Virus record (IMG/VR): IMGVR_UViG_3300033997_000243
Location: 1-64,000 of that record
Strand: one strand, 5' to 3'
DNA: 64,000 bases
The notes under the pieces were generated by a model. The model saw nothing but the letters and a program-made list of their open reading frames with translations, was not told where the DNA came from and made no database searches. Positions 27,567-36,495 of this stretch are shown piece after piece; position 1 is the first letter of the stretch; each line of letters begins with the position of its first letter. The translations under genes were made by a program, and so were the position numbers.

Positions 27567-28151
27567 ATGGAAACCAATATCCAACGCTTACAACGTCAGC
27601 AAATGATTTTGAAGTTTCTTGGGTATTATACCGGAGCGTGTGACGGCATTTGGTCTGAAAAGACCATTGCCGCCAAACGTGCTTTTGAAGTTAGCGGTAA
27701 ATTCAGTCCGGCATATCCGAATCATGGTATGCCTTTTGACTTTACCTCAAAACTTCCTTCTGGCATAATGCTTGATTATACGAAACCGAAAAGTGGATTG
27801 CTTACTCACGTAGATATACCAACGGGTTACTACGAAAAGTTGGCTGCTGAACTTGTTAAAGTAGATCAGGTTTTTGATCCAACCCAAAACATAAAAGCCG
27901 CTTACGATCCATTAATGGCTGATACGGTAAGATCTCAAACTGTCGAACCCCGTAGACAGAAAGTTGAACCAGTAGAAGTTATTAAAACTGCTGAAGCGGT
28001 TGTGACTGAAAATGTTGAACAACCGCCTGAGCAAAATAAAGATGCTGGAGCTACCGATAATTCACAGGTAAAAACAGCTGAACAGCTGAATGCTAACCGT
28101 GATCAAAATCGGCATCACAAGCATCCTAATCAAAACCACAGACCGCGTTAA
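27567..28151 (+). CDS. Peptidoglycan-binding-domain protein
   Basis: QMILKFLGYY.G.CDGIW...T.AA.RAFE matches the PG_binding_1 pattern; disordered C-terminus. Confidence 0.7.
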   Translation: METNIQRLQRQQMILKFLGYYTGACDGIWSEKTIAAKRAFEVSGKFSPAYPNHGMPFDFTSKLPSGIMLDYTKPKSGLLTHVDIPTGYYEKLAAELVKVDQVFDPTQNIKAAYDPLMADTVRSQTVEPRRQKVEPVEVIKTAEAVVTENVEQPPEQNKDAGATDNSQVKTAEQLNANRDQNRHHKHPNQNHRPR

Positions 28152-28155
28152 ACTC

Positions 28156-28187
28156 AAAGGGCAGCCTAACGGTTGCCCTTTTTCTTT
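28156..28187 (+). terminator. Rho-independent terminator
   Basis: AAAGGGCAGCC-TAAC-GGTTGCCCTTTTT. Confidence 0.85.
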
Positions 28188-28198
28188 GCTTGTACAAA

Positions 28199-28207
28199 AC
28201 TGTAAAT
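28199..28207 (+). promoter_or_regulatory. ACTGTAAAT putative phage promoter element
   Basis: Immediately after a terminator and 29 nt before the DNA polymerase ATG. Confidence 0.55.
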
Positions 28208-28236
28208 CAATATGTGTAAACTAAGAGGTTAATCAC

Positions 28237-30201
28237 ATGGCAGTTGTTTCAGCAAAGAAAAAACATGCTAAACAAGAGATTCCACTTCGTTGGATAGACT
28301 TAGGCTATAAACCTAAAAAATCCATAAGGGAGGCTCTTAAGTCACGCTTTTCAGATGGAAATCTGTACAACGTGAAAGCAGTCCGGTATAAAAATCCAGA
28401 TGCTAAGAAAAGAATATTATTTGTACTCGATCATGTACCTACAGAAGATCTTGAGAGCAATCGTTTGCTTTCTGGTGCGACAGGTGAAAAGTTTTTATTG
28501 CTTTGTAAACTTGCACACGAGTATTATAGATCGGAATGTGCTGAAAGTGACTATGATTGGGTAGCAACAAACTTTAATCAGTTTAAAACTTATGGTAAAG
28601 CTTACGCAGATACGCTTGATGAAAGCAATCAGGATTTTGCACGGCATTTAAAGCAAACTATTTGTGAGTACAAGCCTGACATTGTTGTTACATTTGGGCA
28701 AGATCCTTTTACTTATTTGTGTCCACTTGCTTATCAAAAATCTAAGCAGAACTTTGTCAACTACTTAGGTCAAGCTGTTGATGCTAACGTAAGTATAAAG
28801 AATAAAGATGGAAAAACAATAGAGCATGATTTTGTTGTAGTTCCTTCTCTTTCATTTAACACAGTATTTAGCACCAAAACAAAAGAGAATTATTATCTTA
28901 GTGGTTATTCAGCCAGAAATCTTGTAACAGCTCTTGATGGCGGTATTAATCGCTACAACATTCAACCTGTACACATAATGAAACGGAACAAATTCGTTCC
29001 AAAGTATAAAACTCATTATGTGACAAAAGTTTCCGAAGTAGAGCGCATTCTGAAAAAGATGGCTGCTGCTGAATACGTGGCTGTCGATACTGAAACCGAG
29101 GATCTTAGTAAGGTTCTTAATAAAGTTCAGACTGTGCAATTATGTTGTGATGCTAAGAACGCTTATGTAATTCCAATTTATCACTTTGATACTCCATTTA
29201 GTCGTAAGGAGCTTGATCGAATCAAAGTGCTTATGCGAATGTTTTTTGAGAGAAAGAATAAAAACAAGTTGCATATTACCACCAACGGAAAGTTTGACCT
29301 TAATGTAATGAGGGCAAATTTTGACATCAGACATTTCAAAGCTGATATGTGGGATATTGCGGCTGGTGAATTCATCTTAGATGAAAACATGAAAGTGTTA
29401 TCTACTGCTACAGGTAAAGGTTACTTTAATTTAGGTAATCTTTCAATGCAGTATGGATGCACTGCTTTCCTTGACAATCCATTTGGTAAAGAAAATCGCG
29501 CACACATTGCACAAACTCCATTGACTGAACCTGTACTTCAATATTGTAGTCTCGACGTTGTTGTTCCTTGGTTGATCTTTCATCAGCAATTACGCAGAGC
29601 GAAAGATATTGGATTTAAAAAGTACCAGAAAACAGTTTCAACCATTGTTGGAGATCAGATACATTCGTTCTCTATTTTGGAATCTACTGGTGCGCTTTGT
29701 GATGTTGATTACTTGTTCTATCTAAAAACAAAAGATAGTCCAGTGAACCAAATCATTAAGGAACGTGAACTCAATATTAAAAACAGCGATGAAGTTCGTA
29801 AAGCCAATAAGATTCTGGCTAAGAATCGTGGTGCGCCTCAACGCGGATTGTTTGGTACTGTTGAACTGAACAACTTTGATCTTAGCAAAGAAGAACATAA
29901 ACAAATATTGTTCTTTGACGTTTGTAAATTGGAACCAGTAAACTTTTCTACCAAGAAAAAGCGTAAAGGTACTGACCAGCCAATGCCTCAGATTGATAAA
30001 CAATTTCAGGCCAAGCACAAAGACGTTAAAATCGTTAAGAACTTCACGGATTTACAAAAAGCTCAGAAGTTACGAAACAGTTATGTGAATAGTTTTATTA
30101 AATTGTTTGCTACTGATAAAGACTTCAAGCACACACGTAGATTAAGACCTAACTATAGTTACCAAGCTGTTGTTACTGGTCGGACGAGTGCATCAAATCC
30201 T
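28237..30201 (+). CDS. polA: Family A DNA polymerase, exon 1 (UDG-like domain, 3'-5' exonuclease, thumb)
   Basis: ExoI AVDTET, ExoII NGKFD, ExoIII YCSLD. Ends at TGRTSASNP, which continues as NLQQVP in exon 2; spliced product 1089 aa. Confidence 0.9.
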
Positions 30202-31058
30202 AGATTGGGCTTCATGTAGGAAACTGCATGTCGAAAGCTACCTAAACGGGGAAGAGTCCTGTGTAGAGAATACATGGGAAGAACCCCGTAGCAAAGAATG
30301 TTATACGTGATATAGTCTTAACCAGAGGAGTAAGATTATGTTACTGACCGCGACTAAATTTCATGGTATTTTTATAAATAAAAGGACAAAGAAGGTATAC
30401 TCTAAACGATCTGGAAGTTTAAAAGAGTTAAAGCAATCCCATGTCTATGATAAAAGGAAGAGAAAACCTAAACCATATATTCAGGTTGGCGTTCCAGAAT
30501 GTACCCTTCTTCATAGAATTATCGCCTATACTTTTATCGGAAATGCTGATGGTTTGACTGTTAATCATAAAAACGGCAATACATTAGATAACCGAATCAA
30601 AAATTTAGAGATAGTGACCCTTGAGCAAAATCTTTTGCATGCAAAAGAAACCGGTTTACTATCGAAAGGCGAAAGTCACGGGAGATCTTTATACAAAGAC
30701 TCTTTATTACTAAAAGCATTGAAGAGAATATCTTCTGGTTTTTCTGTCAAAAGCACCGCTGAAAAATATAAAGTAAGCCAAAGTTATTTAAACAAAGTTA
30801 AAAACGGCGTTTACAGACGAGACTTATTAAATCGCGTATAACAGGAAAAGCTCTAACGACTATCGCTGAAATGCGAGTAGGGTGATAAGCAAATGATCAC
30901 TCCAAACGGTAGCGGCCTACGTTTATTGAAAAATAAATATGGCCTTGATATAGTCTCAACTTCCATTTGTAAAGAATGGAGCGATGTGTAAGACGAGGAT
31001 TGCTGAAACTCGCATCATCGGGATATGTTTTGCGAACATATCTTAAGAAAGAATAAAG
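30202..31058 (+). mobile_element. Self-splicing group I intron (IA2-like, 857 nt)
   Basis: Exon ends in U (30201) and intron ends in G (31058). IGS AGAUUGGG pairs with ligated exons CCU|AAUCU. P2 has a GAAA loop; P3 GCTACC/GGTAGC; P7 GACTA (30858)/TAGTC (30951); P7.1, P7.2, P8 and P9 stems visible. Splicing restores PNLQ in frame. Confidence 0.93.
30338..30841 (+). CDS. Intron-encoded HNH homing endonuclease (I-HmuI-like HNH core)
   Basis: LHRIIA.TF...VNHKNG...DN...NLE.VT..QN..HA with a C-terminal HTH-like segment; GAGGAG RBS; lies in the P6a loop. Confidence 0.9.
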   Translation: MLLTATKFHGIFINKRTKKVYSKRSGSLKELKQSHVYDKRKRKPKPYIQVGVPECTLLHRIIAYTFIGNADGLTVNHKNGNTLDNRIKNLEIVTLEQNLLHAKETGLLSKGESHGRSLYKDSLLLKALKRISSGFSVKSTAEKYKVSQSYLNKVKNGVYRRDLLNRV

Positions 31059-32363
31059 AATCTCCAGCAAGTACCTAGCCGTGATGAATTAGGCTACCAT
31101 ATTAAACGTCTGCTTATTTCTCAACCTGGAACATTATTGATCAAGGTTGACTACTCGGCTCACGAAGTACGTGGTTGGTCTATTATTAGTGGCGATAAAA
31201 ATGTTGCTGATGTTTTCCAAGTTGGTGCTGATTTACGTAATCGCTATAAGTTTGTTCCAGATCCTTGGATTGCTCACCGAATAGAAATTGAAGGTGACGT
31301 TCACCGTATCAACGCTAGTTACTTCTTTGGACTTCCAATCCATGAAGTAAGTAAGCCTATTCGTAACGCAGTAAAAACAGTTATCTTCGGTTTGATTTAT
31401 CAACAAGGTGATGATGGTTTATCCTTATCTACTGGTCAGACTGTTGAGAAAATTCGTGAACTTAAAGCGAAGTTTCTTGAAAGATTCCCTGTTGGTTACG
31501 GTTGGTTTGATACCTGTAAGAAAGATGCGGTTGACAATTTGTTTGTTGAAAGTCCTGTTGGTCGTCGTCGTACATTATGGCCACTGATGTTCAAGAAACT
31601 TGTTGATCGTCAAACTGATTACAGAAGCAAGGACAAACATTTAAACAGTATTATCAATCGTTGTTTACGTCAAGCGGTTAACAGTCCAGTTCAAGGTTTT
31701 GGTAGTGACCTTATGATGTTGGCAATACGTTTGATTGATAAATACAAATATCAACATTTCTTGGACACTGGTAAATATCCATTAATGAACCTTAATGTTT
31801 CCGTACACGACAGTTTAACTGTTGAAGTTGGTTACGAGTGGTTCTGGTTAGCAGTTAAATTTATCGAACGTGCTATGACTACTGGAGCTAAAACTCTGGT
31901 AGAAGAAAAGTTTGATTATAAATTTACTAGCGCACCTGAAATGGATTTTGATATTGGTGGAAACGAGCGGGATGTTAAGGCGTGGAACTTTAGTTTCTTA
32001 AGTATGGAAGCTTTAGTTCGTAAGAGTCTTGAGTTCCAAAGTAAAGAATTGGGCCACAAAGTAAACATTGATAAAGTTGTAGATACTATCATGCAAGATC
32101 AGTATGCTGATATGCCTGAGTGGTTACAAAAACAATTGTGGGCTAATAACATCAAAATCAGAAGTATGCCAAAGAAAAATCCTTTGACTAAAGAGGAAAT
32201 CAAATTGGCTGCTGTTTACGCAAAAGAAACTCGTAGTAACAAAGTTTTACTTGACAAGGCGATTGCTGAAATTGAAGCAAGCAAGAAAAAAGCTGCTAAA
32301 ACAGAATCAACTAGAAGTGAGACAGTTGCTGCGGCCAAGAAGAAACTTAAGGAAGCGGCCTAA
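31059..32363 (+). CDS. polA: Family A DNA polymerase, exon 2 (polymerase domain)
   Basis: NLQQVP, motif A DYSAHEVR, motif B RNAVKTVIFGLIY (Phe at the E. coli 762 position), NSPVQG and motif C VHDS. Confidence 0.92.
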   Translation, partial: NLQQVPSRDELGYHIKRLLISQPGTLLIKVDYSAHEVRGWSIISGDKNVADVFQVGADLRNRYKFVPDPWIAHRIEIEGDVHRINASYFFGLPIHEVSKPIRNAVKTVIFGLIYQQGDDGLSLSTGQTVEKIRELKAKFLERFPVGYGWFDTCKKDAVDNLFVESPVGRRRTLWPLMFKKLVDRQTDYRSKDKHLNSIINRCLRQAVNSPVQGFGSDLMMLAIRLIDKYKYQHFLDTGKYPLMNLNVSVHDSLTVEVGYEWFWLAVKFIERAMTTGAKTLVEEKFDYKFTSAPEMDFDIGGNERDVKAWNFSFLSMEALVRKSLEFQSKELGHKVNIDKVVDTIMQDQYADMPEWLQKQLWANNIKIRSMPKKNPLTKEEIKLAAVYAKETRSNKVLLDKAIAEIEASKKKAAKTESTRSETVAAAKKKLKEAA

Positions 32364-32384
32364 TTAGGCCGCTATGGTTCTTTT

Positions 32385-32759
32385 ATGTTAGAGCAAATTC
32401 TCAAAAAACATTTCCCCGATATTACTGCTGAAACTTTGGCCGAAGTTACGTCAGAGATTAAAAAACAACAGGCTACGGATGCAGCAAATCTTTTGAATCA
32501 TATGCTGGAAAAAGATCCTCGCGCTGTCTCCGCTTTATTATCCACAAATTTCATTTGCAGTCTTGCTATTGCAGATACAGATGTTTTCGCTACCCAACTT
32601 AATCAAGATCTTTGCAGTTTAGGAATTCTTGGACTACTTCAGGGAGTTATTGGTAGCGAAAATATAATTCGCGCTATCCCACATGACGTAGTTGGCTTGA
32701 ATACCGTTTCAGTTGTTCGTTATTTTACAATACAACCTAATACGGAGCAAACATCTTGA
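32385..32759 (+). CDS. Hypothetical protein
   Basis: 124-aa ORF between the polymerase and the clamp. Confidence 0.7.
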   Translation: MLEQILKKHFPDITAETLAEVTSEIKKQQATDAANLLNHMLEKDPRAVSALLSTNFICSLAIADTDVFATQLNQDLCSLGILGLLQGVIGSENIIRAIPHDVVGLNTVSVVRYFTIQPNTEQTS

Positions 32760-33877
32760 GTAATGTATTTGTTGTTGATGGGAAAGAATTAAAGGAAGCA
32801 CTTGATCGAGTTGTACTAACAGTTCCTGTTGGTGAACTCACTCACTACGGTTTTGTTTTTGGTAAAAAAGCCGTTAAGTTGGTTGCTATGGATTCAGACC
32901 GTGTTGCTTCAGTTGTTCTTACCCCGAAAAGATTTAAAGGCGAAGGAGAATTCTTCTTTGCCGATGCTGTTACATTGAAAACAGCTGTTAATGGTCGTGA
33001 TGAAGTTACTATTGAATTCACCCATGATAAAATAGTGTTTTCTGCTGGCCGATTCAAAGGCGATTTAAAACGTAGCGAACCCGGAGCTTCAGCTCTTGCA
33101 GATTTAAAACTTGGATCAAGTATTGACACTGATTCAAGTATAGCAATCGATAAAGATTTTTTCGGTTCATTGGGTGATGGCGTTAAAGTTGCACGTTTAA
33201 AAGATCCATATAACGATAATTACATTCCATCGGCAACAATTGTTTATGATGGTAAGTATTTAACGGTAATGGGTAATGATGATTATCACTTGCATATATA
33301 CAAGCGAAAAATCAAGTCTAAGACTGCGCCTTTGAAACTCACAATACCTATAGGTATTTTTTCTATTTTAGATCGCATTATCAAAGATGATGCTAAATTC
33401 TTTATTACGGACGAGCGTTTGTTTATTCGTGGTAAAAACATAACTGTTTCTTTGCCCCCAATAGATACTGAAGTAAACTTGGAGCAAATAGAAAATTTCT
33501 TGGCTGGACTTAAAAAACCAATCAAATCTTTTACAATAGGTTCTGATTTCGCAACTGCTTTTCAGAACATTGCTGGTTATTTTAAGAAGGGGGTTTCTTC
33601 GCTTTTAATTAAAACCAACAAAGATCGAATCCAGTTACACTATCAAAATGATGGTGGTTCAATTGAAGATGTTGTAAAAGTCAAGGACGCAAAAGGATCA
33701 GAATTTAGCGCTCAAATAGATCCAGTTATCTTTGAGGACAGTTATAAAAACATTCGAGGCTGTAAGAAAATCGAGTTTTCTGTTTATCCTAACAAGCAAG
33801 GAGATCCTGCCTGTTATAAAATGGAAACTGAATTTTCTGATGGAGTCTTGGTAGCTTACGGATATTTCAAAGAATGA
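32756..33877 (+). CDS. dnaN: DNA sliding clamp, DnaN/beta-like
   Basis: 373 aa (beta-clamp size); N-terminal F.VD.KELKEAL.RV; VAMDSDR and VMGNDDYHL resemble the beta ATDxxRL segments. Clamp loader present in the window. Confidence 0.7.
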   Translation: MSNVFVVDGKELKEALDRVVLTVPVGELTHYGFVFGKKAVKLVAMDSDRVASVVLTPKRFKGEGEFFFADAVTLKTAVNGRDEVTIEFTHDKIVFSAGRFKGDLKRSEPGASALADLKLGSSIDTDSSIAIDKDFFGSLGDGVKVARLKDPYNDNYIPSATIVYDGKYLTVMGNDDYHLHIYKRKIKSKTAPLKLTIPIGIFSILDRIIKDDAKFFITDERLFIRGKNITVSLPPIDTEVNLEQIENFLAGLKKPIKSFTIGSDFATAFQNIAGYFKKGVSSLLIKTNKDRIQLHYQNDGGSIEDVVKVKDAKGSEFSAQIDPVIFEDSYKNIRGCKKIEFSVYPNKQGDPACYKMETEFSDGVLVAYGYFKE

Positions 33878-34287
33878 TTATTCGAGATCCTAGATTACCC
33901 TTCAGTATTAGAAAAATGCCGTTGAACACTTTTATTGTTCTCGGCGTTGATTCTAAAAATAAAACTCAGTTGCTTTATGTTACATCAAACGAAAAAAGCA
34001 CTGTTTCAATCGACAGAGACAGTGTTCTTGAATATGGGCCTCATTGCAAATGTTATCCCATAGTCAGCGCAACAAATGCTATAGTGGGATCTCTCCTTTT
34101 AATCGATACTCACTATCTTGAATTTAAAACATCGCACGTTATGGTAACGCGAAAGTCTGAAATAGGATCTTACACGCTTAAACAGGCTGAAGGTGTTGGT
34201 GGACTCATGACTTTTATTGATGAATACGACAACGTATTGATTGTTCCTTATGATCCAACTAACAGCAAACTCACTGTAACTGATTAA
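33874..34287 (+). CDS. Hypothetical protein
   Basis: ATGA overlap; 137-aa ORF. Confidence 0.7.
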   Translation: MIIRDPRLPFSIRKMPLNTFIVLGVDSKNKTQLLYVTSNEKSTVSIDRDSVLEYGPHCKCYPIVSATNAIVGSLLLIDTHYLEFKTSHVMVTRKSEIGSYTLKQAEGVGGLMTFIDEYDNVLIVPYDPTNSKLTVTD

Positions 34288-34297
34288 AGGTGATATA

Positions 34298-34834
34298 GTG
34301 GATAAGCAAACACGCGAAAGAGTAAAGAGAATCCTTAAAAAAGACGCAAAGCTTTTACGTTTGAAACAGACGTTTCAAGATTTGCCTCAATACAATTTGG
34401 ACTTTGATGAATTAAAGCAGGAAATGAAGCACTTGCATTCAAGTCGCAAACTTCATTCACTCGAAGTTAATAGCCCTAACTTCGTTCGCAACTTAAGTAA
34501 GGCAGCTATTTTAGATCATAGCTTTCGTACACGCCTCACCGAAATTCAGGTTATGGGTTTAGAGGCAACAACTCTTTTATCCAAAACTCTGAACAGTATG
34601 GTCGATTATTTGGTTAATGAATATGCCAATGATCTTGCAAAGTTGCGTACAAAAGAAGAAAGAAAACAATTCGTAGTTGGTATCATGGAACCTTACTATG
34701 AATATTTGATTGATGCTGAGCAGTTGCTTCAAATCTGTAAATCTTACATTGACAACATTGATAAAGGCGGATTCATGATAACGCAGTTAGTTAACGCGCA
34801 TCAGGTTATCCGTAAATTTGAAGGTAACACTTAA
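34298..34834 (+). CDS. Hypothetical helical protein (possibly UvsY-like)
   Basis: AAGGTG RBS and GTG start. All-helical and coupled to a UvsW-like helicase; the UvsY call is context inference only. Confidence 0.5.
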   Translation: MDKQTRERVKRILKKDAKLLRLKQTFQDLPQYNLDFDELKQEMKHLHSSRKLHSLEVNSPNFVRNLSKAAILDHSFRTRLTEIQVMGLEATTLLSKTLNSMVDYLVNEYANDLAKLRTKEERKQFVVGIMEPYYEYLIDAEQLLQICKSYIDNIDKGGFMITQLVNAHQVIRKFEGNT

Positions 34835-36495
34835 TGAGTAAGCCACCATTGGTGCTACGAGAACATATCTATATACCAGTGAAGGTTGTTGATATGGATC
34901 TTGCGGAAAAGCATTATATTAAACATTTTTACGAAGAAAAAGTTTGTCGTCGTTGCCCTTATAAACGAGATCGTTTCTCAGAGTTCTGCGCTAACTGCGA
35001 ACTTGGCGGTTATAAAGGTGGCGTTAATTTATTAAAACGTAAAATGGTTGGTGGCACAAACTACGTTGGATTTCCAATAGGTGATCGCTTAAACCTTGAA
35101 GATAAAATTGATATTGATTTTGATGATTTTAAAATCATTGATAAGCGTAAGCGTGTTCCAATGGACAAACGCATAAAGTTTGTTAGTGAATTGAGAGATT
35201 ATCAAATAGAAATTCTTGGTGATTGGAGTAAAGCCAAACATGGCTTGTTAAAAGCTCCACCAAGATCTGGTAAAACAATAACAACATTAGCTATTGCAAT
35301 AAAGATGGGCCAGCGCACAGTTATTATTGCTGACCAAAAAGATTTCCTTGACAACTTTTTAGAGGAAATGGAAGCACATACAAACATCAAACAAATTCAG
35401 GAATTGGCTGGTAAAAAGATCTACGGATTTCTCAAGAAAAAAGAGGACTTTGAGAATTTTCAAATAGGCTTAGCTACCTACCAAAGTTTCATCAAAGATA
35501 GTGGTATGAGTGAGAAGCGGTTAAAGTGGCTTAAAGACAATTTTGGTATGGTATGGTGTGATGAAATTCACCGTGCTAACGCAACACTTTACGCAAAATT
35601 TATCAGTAAGCTTCCGGCACTTTATAAAGGCGGCTGCACCGCGACGGACGTTAGAAAGGACGGACGGCACATAATTATTGAAAATTTAGTTGGCCCAGTT
35701 GTTGCTGAAACTACTGTAGACAGCATGAAACCTGTTGTTACAGTTCACGCAACAGACTGTGCGCCAAAGAACAGAAATAGTTATACTCGTGGGCCAGCTG
35801 CTTGGACATACGCAAACAGATTTTTATCCAAACATCCAGCACGTAATAAAAAAATCATTGAAGGAGTTGTGCATGATTTAAGAGCAGGACGCTCAATTGT
35901 TATGGCTGTTATGTTCAAGGAGCATGTTAAAGAATTGGTCGATGGAATCAATAATGCTTTTGGTGAAAAAATTGCAATTGGCTTTACTGGCGGTGGCGGC
36001 GAAAAGAACAAACGTGAACGTATTCAAATAATTCAAGATGCTCGTGCTGGAAAAGTTCGGGTTGTTGTAGGTATCAGACGTTTAATGCAATTGGGTTTGA
36101 ATGTTCCACGTTGGGACACTCTTTATATGGTTTCTCCAATTAGCAACAAGCCTAACTGGGAACAAGAGTCTCGCCGTATCTGTACTCCAATGGAAGGAAA
36201 GAAGCAACCACTTATTCGTATGTTTGTTGATATTGACATGCCCATTAGTTTTGGTTGTTTTAAAAATACCTTGGGACATAGTATAGAACTTGGCTATCGT
36301 TTAAGCAAAAAAGCAAACAGAGTTTATGGAAGTTTGCTTGATAAAAAGCTACAACGTCCTGATAACGATTCTGGAATGTACGACAGTGAAGAACGTGATG
36401 CGTACTCCGAACGCAAATCTAACAAGAAGAAAAAATCTGGCCCCAATATTGAACGTGGTTTGTTTTCTATGTTTGGAAATATGGCTAAAAAATGA
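34834..36495 (+). CDS. SF2 DNA helicase, UvsW/RadD-like
   Basis: LRDYQ, APPRSGKT, DEIH, TAT..RKDG, GLNVP..D and QESRRI. Confidence 0.9.
   Translation: MSKPPLVLREHIYIPVKVVDMDLAEKHYIKHFYEEKVCRRCPYKRDRFSEFCANCELGGYKGGVNLLKRKMVGGTNYVGFPIGDRLNLEDKIDIDFDDFKIIDKRKRVPMDKRIKFVSELRDYQIEILGDWSKAKHGLLKAPPRSGKTITTLAIAIKMGQRTVIIADQKDFLDNFLEEMEAHTNIKQIQELAGKKIYGFLKKKEDFENFQIGLATYQSFIKDSGMSEKRLKWLKDNFGMVWCDEIHRANATLYAKFISKLPALYKGGCTATDVRKDGRHIIIENLVGPVVAETTVDSMKPVVTVHATDCAPKNRNSYTRGPAAWTYANRFLSKHPARNKKIIEGVVHDLRAGRSIVMAVMFKEHVKELVDGINNAFGEKIAIGFTGGGGEKNKRERIQIIQDARAGKVRVVVGIRRLMQLGLNVPRWDTLYMVSPISNKPNWEQESRRICTPMEGKKQPLIRMFVDIDMPISFGCFKNTLGHSIELGYRLSKKANRVYGSLLDKKLQRPDNDSGMYDSEERDAYSERKSNKKKKSGPNIERGLFSMFGNMAKK

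Noticed and set aside
28237-32363. polA as a pseudogene, a two-subunit polymerase or an intein-containing gene
   Set aside because: The interruption contains stop codons and full group I intron RNA structure, and precise splicing restores the PNLQ motif. No intein motifs.
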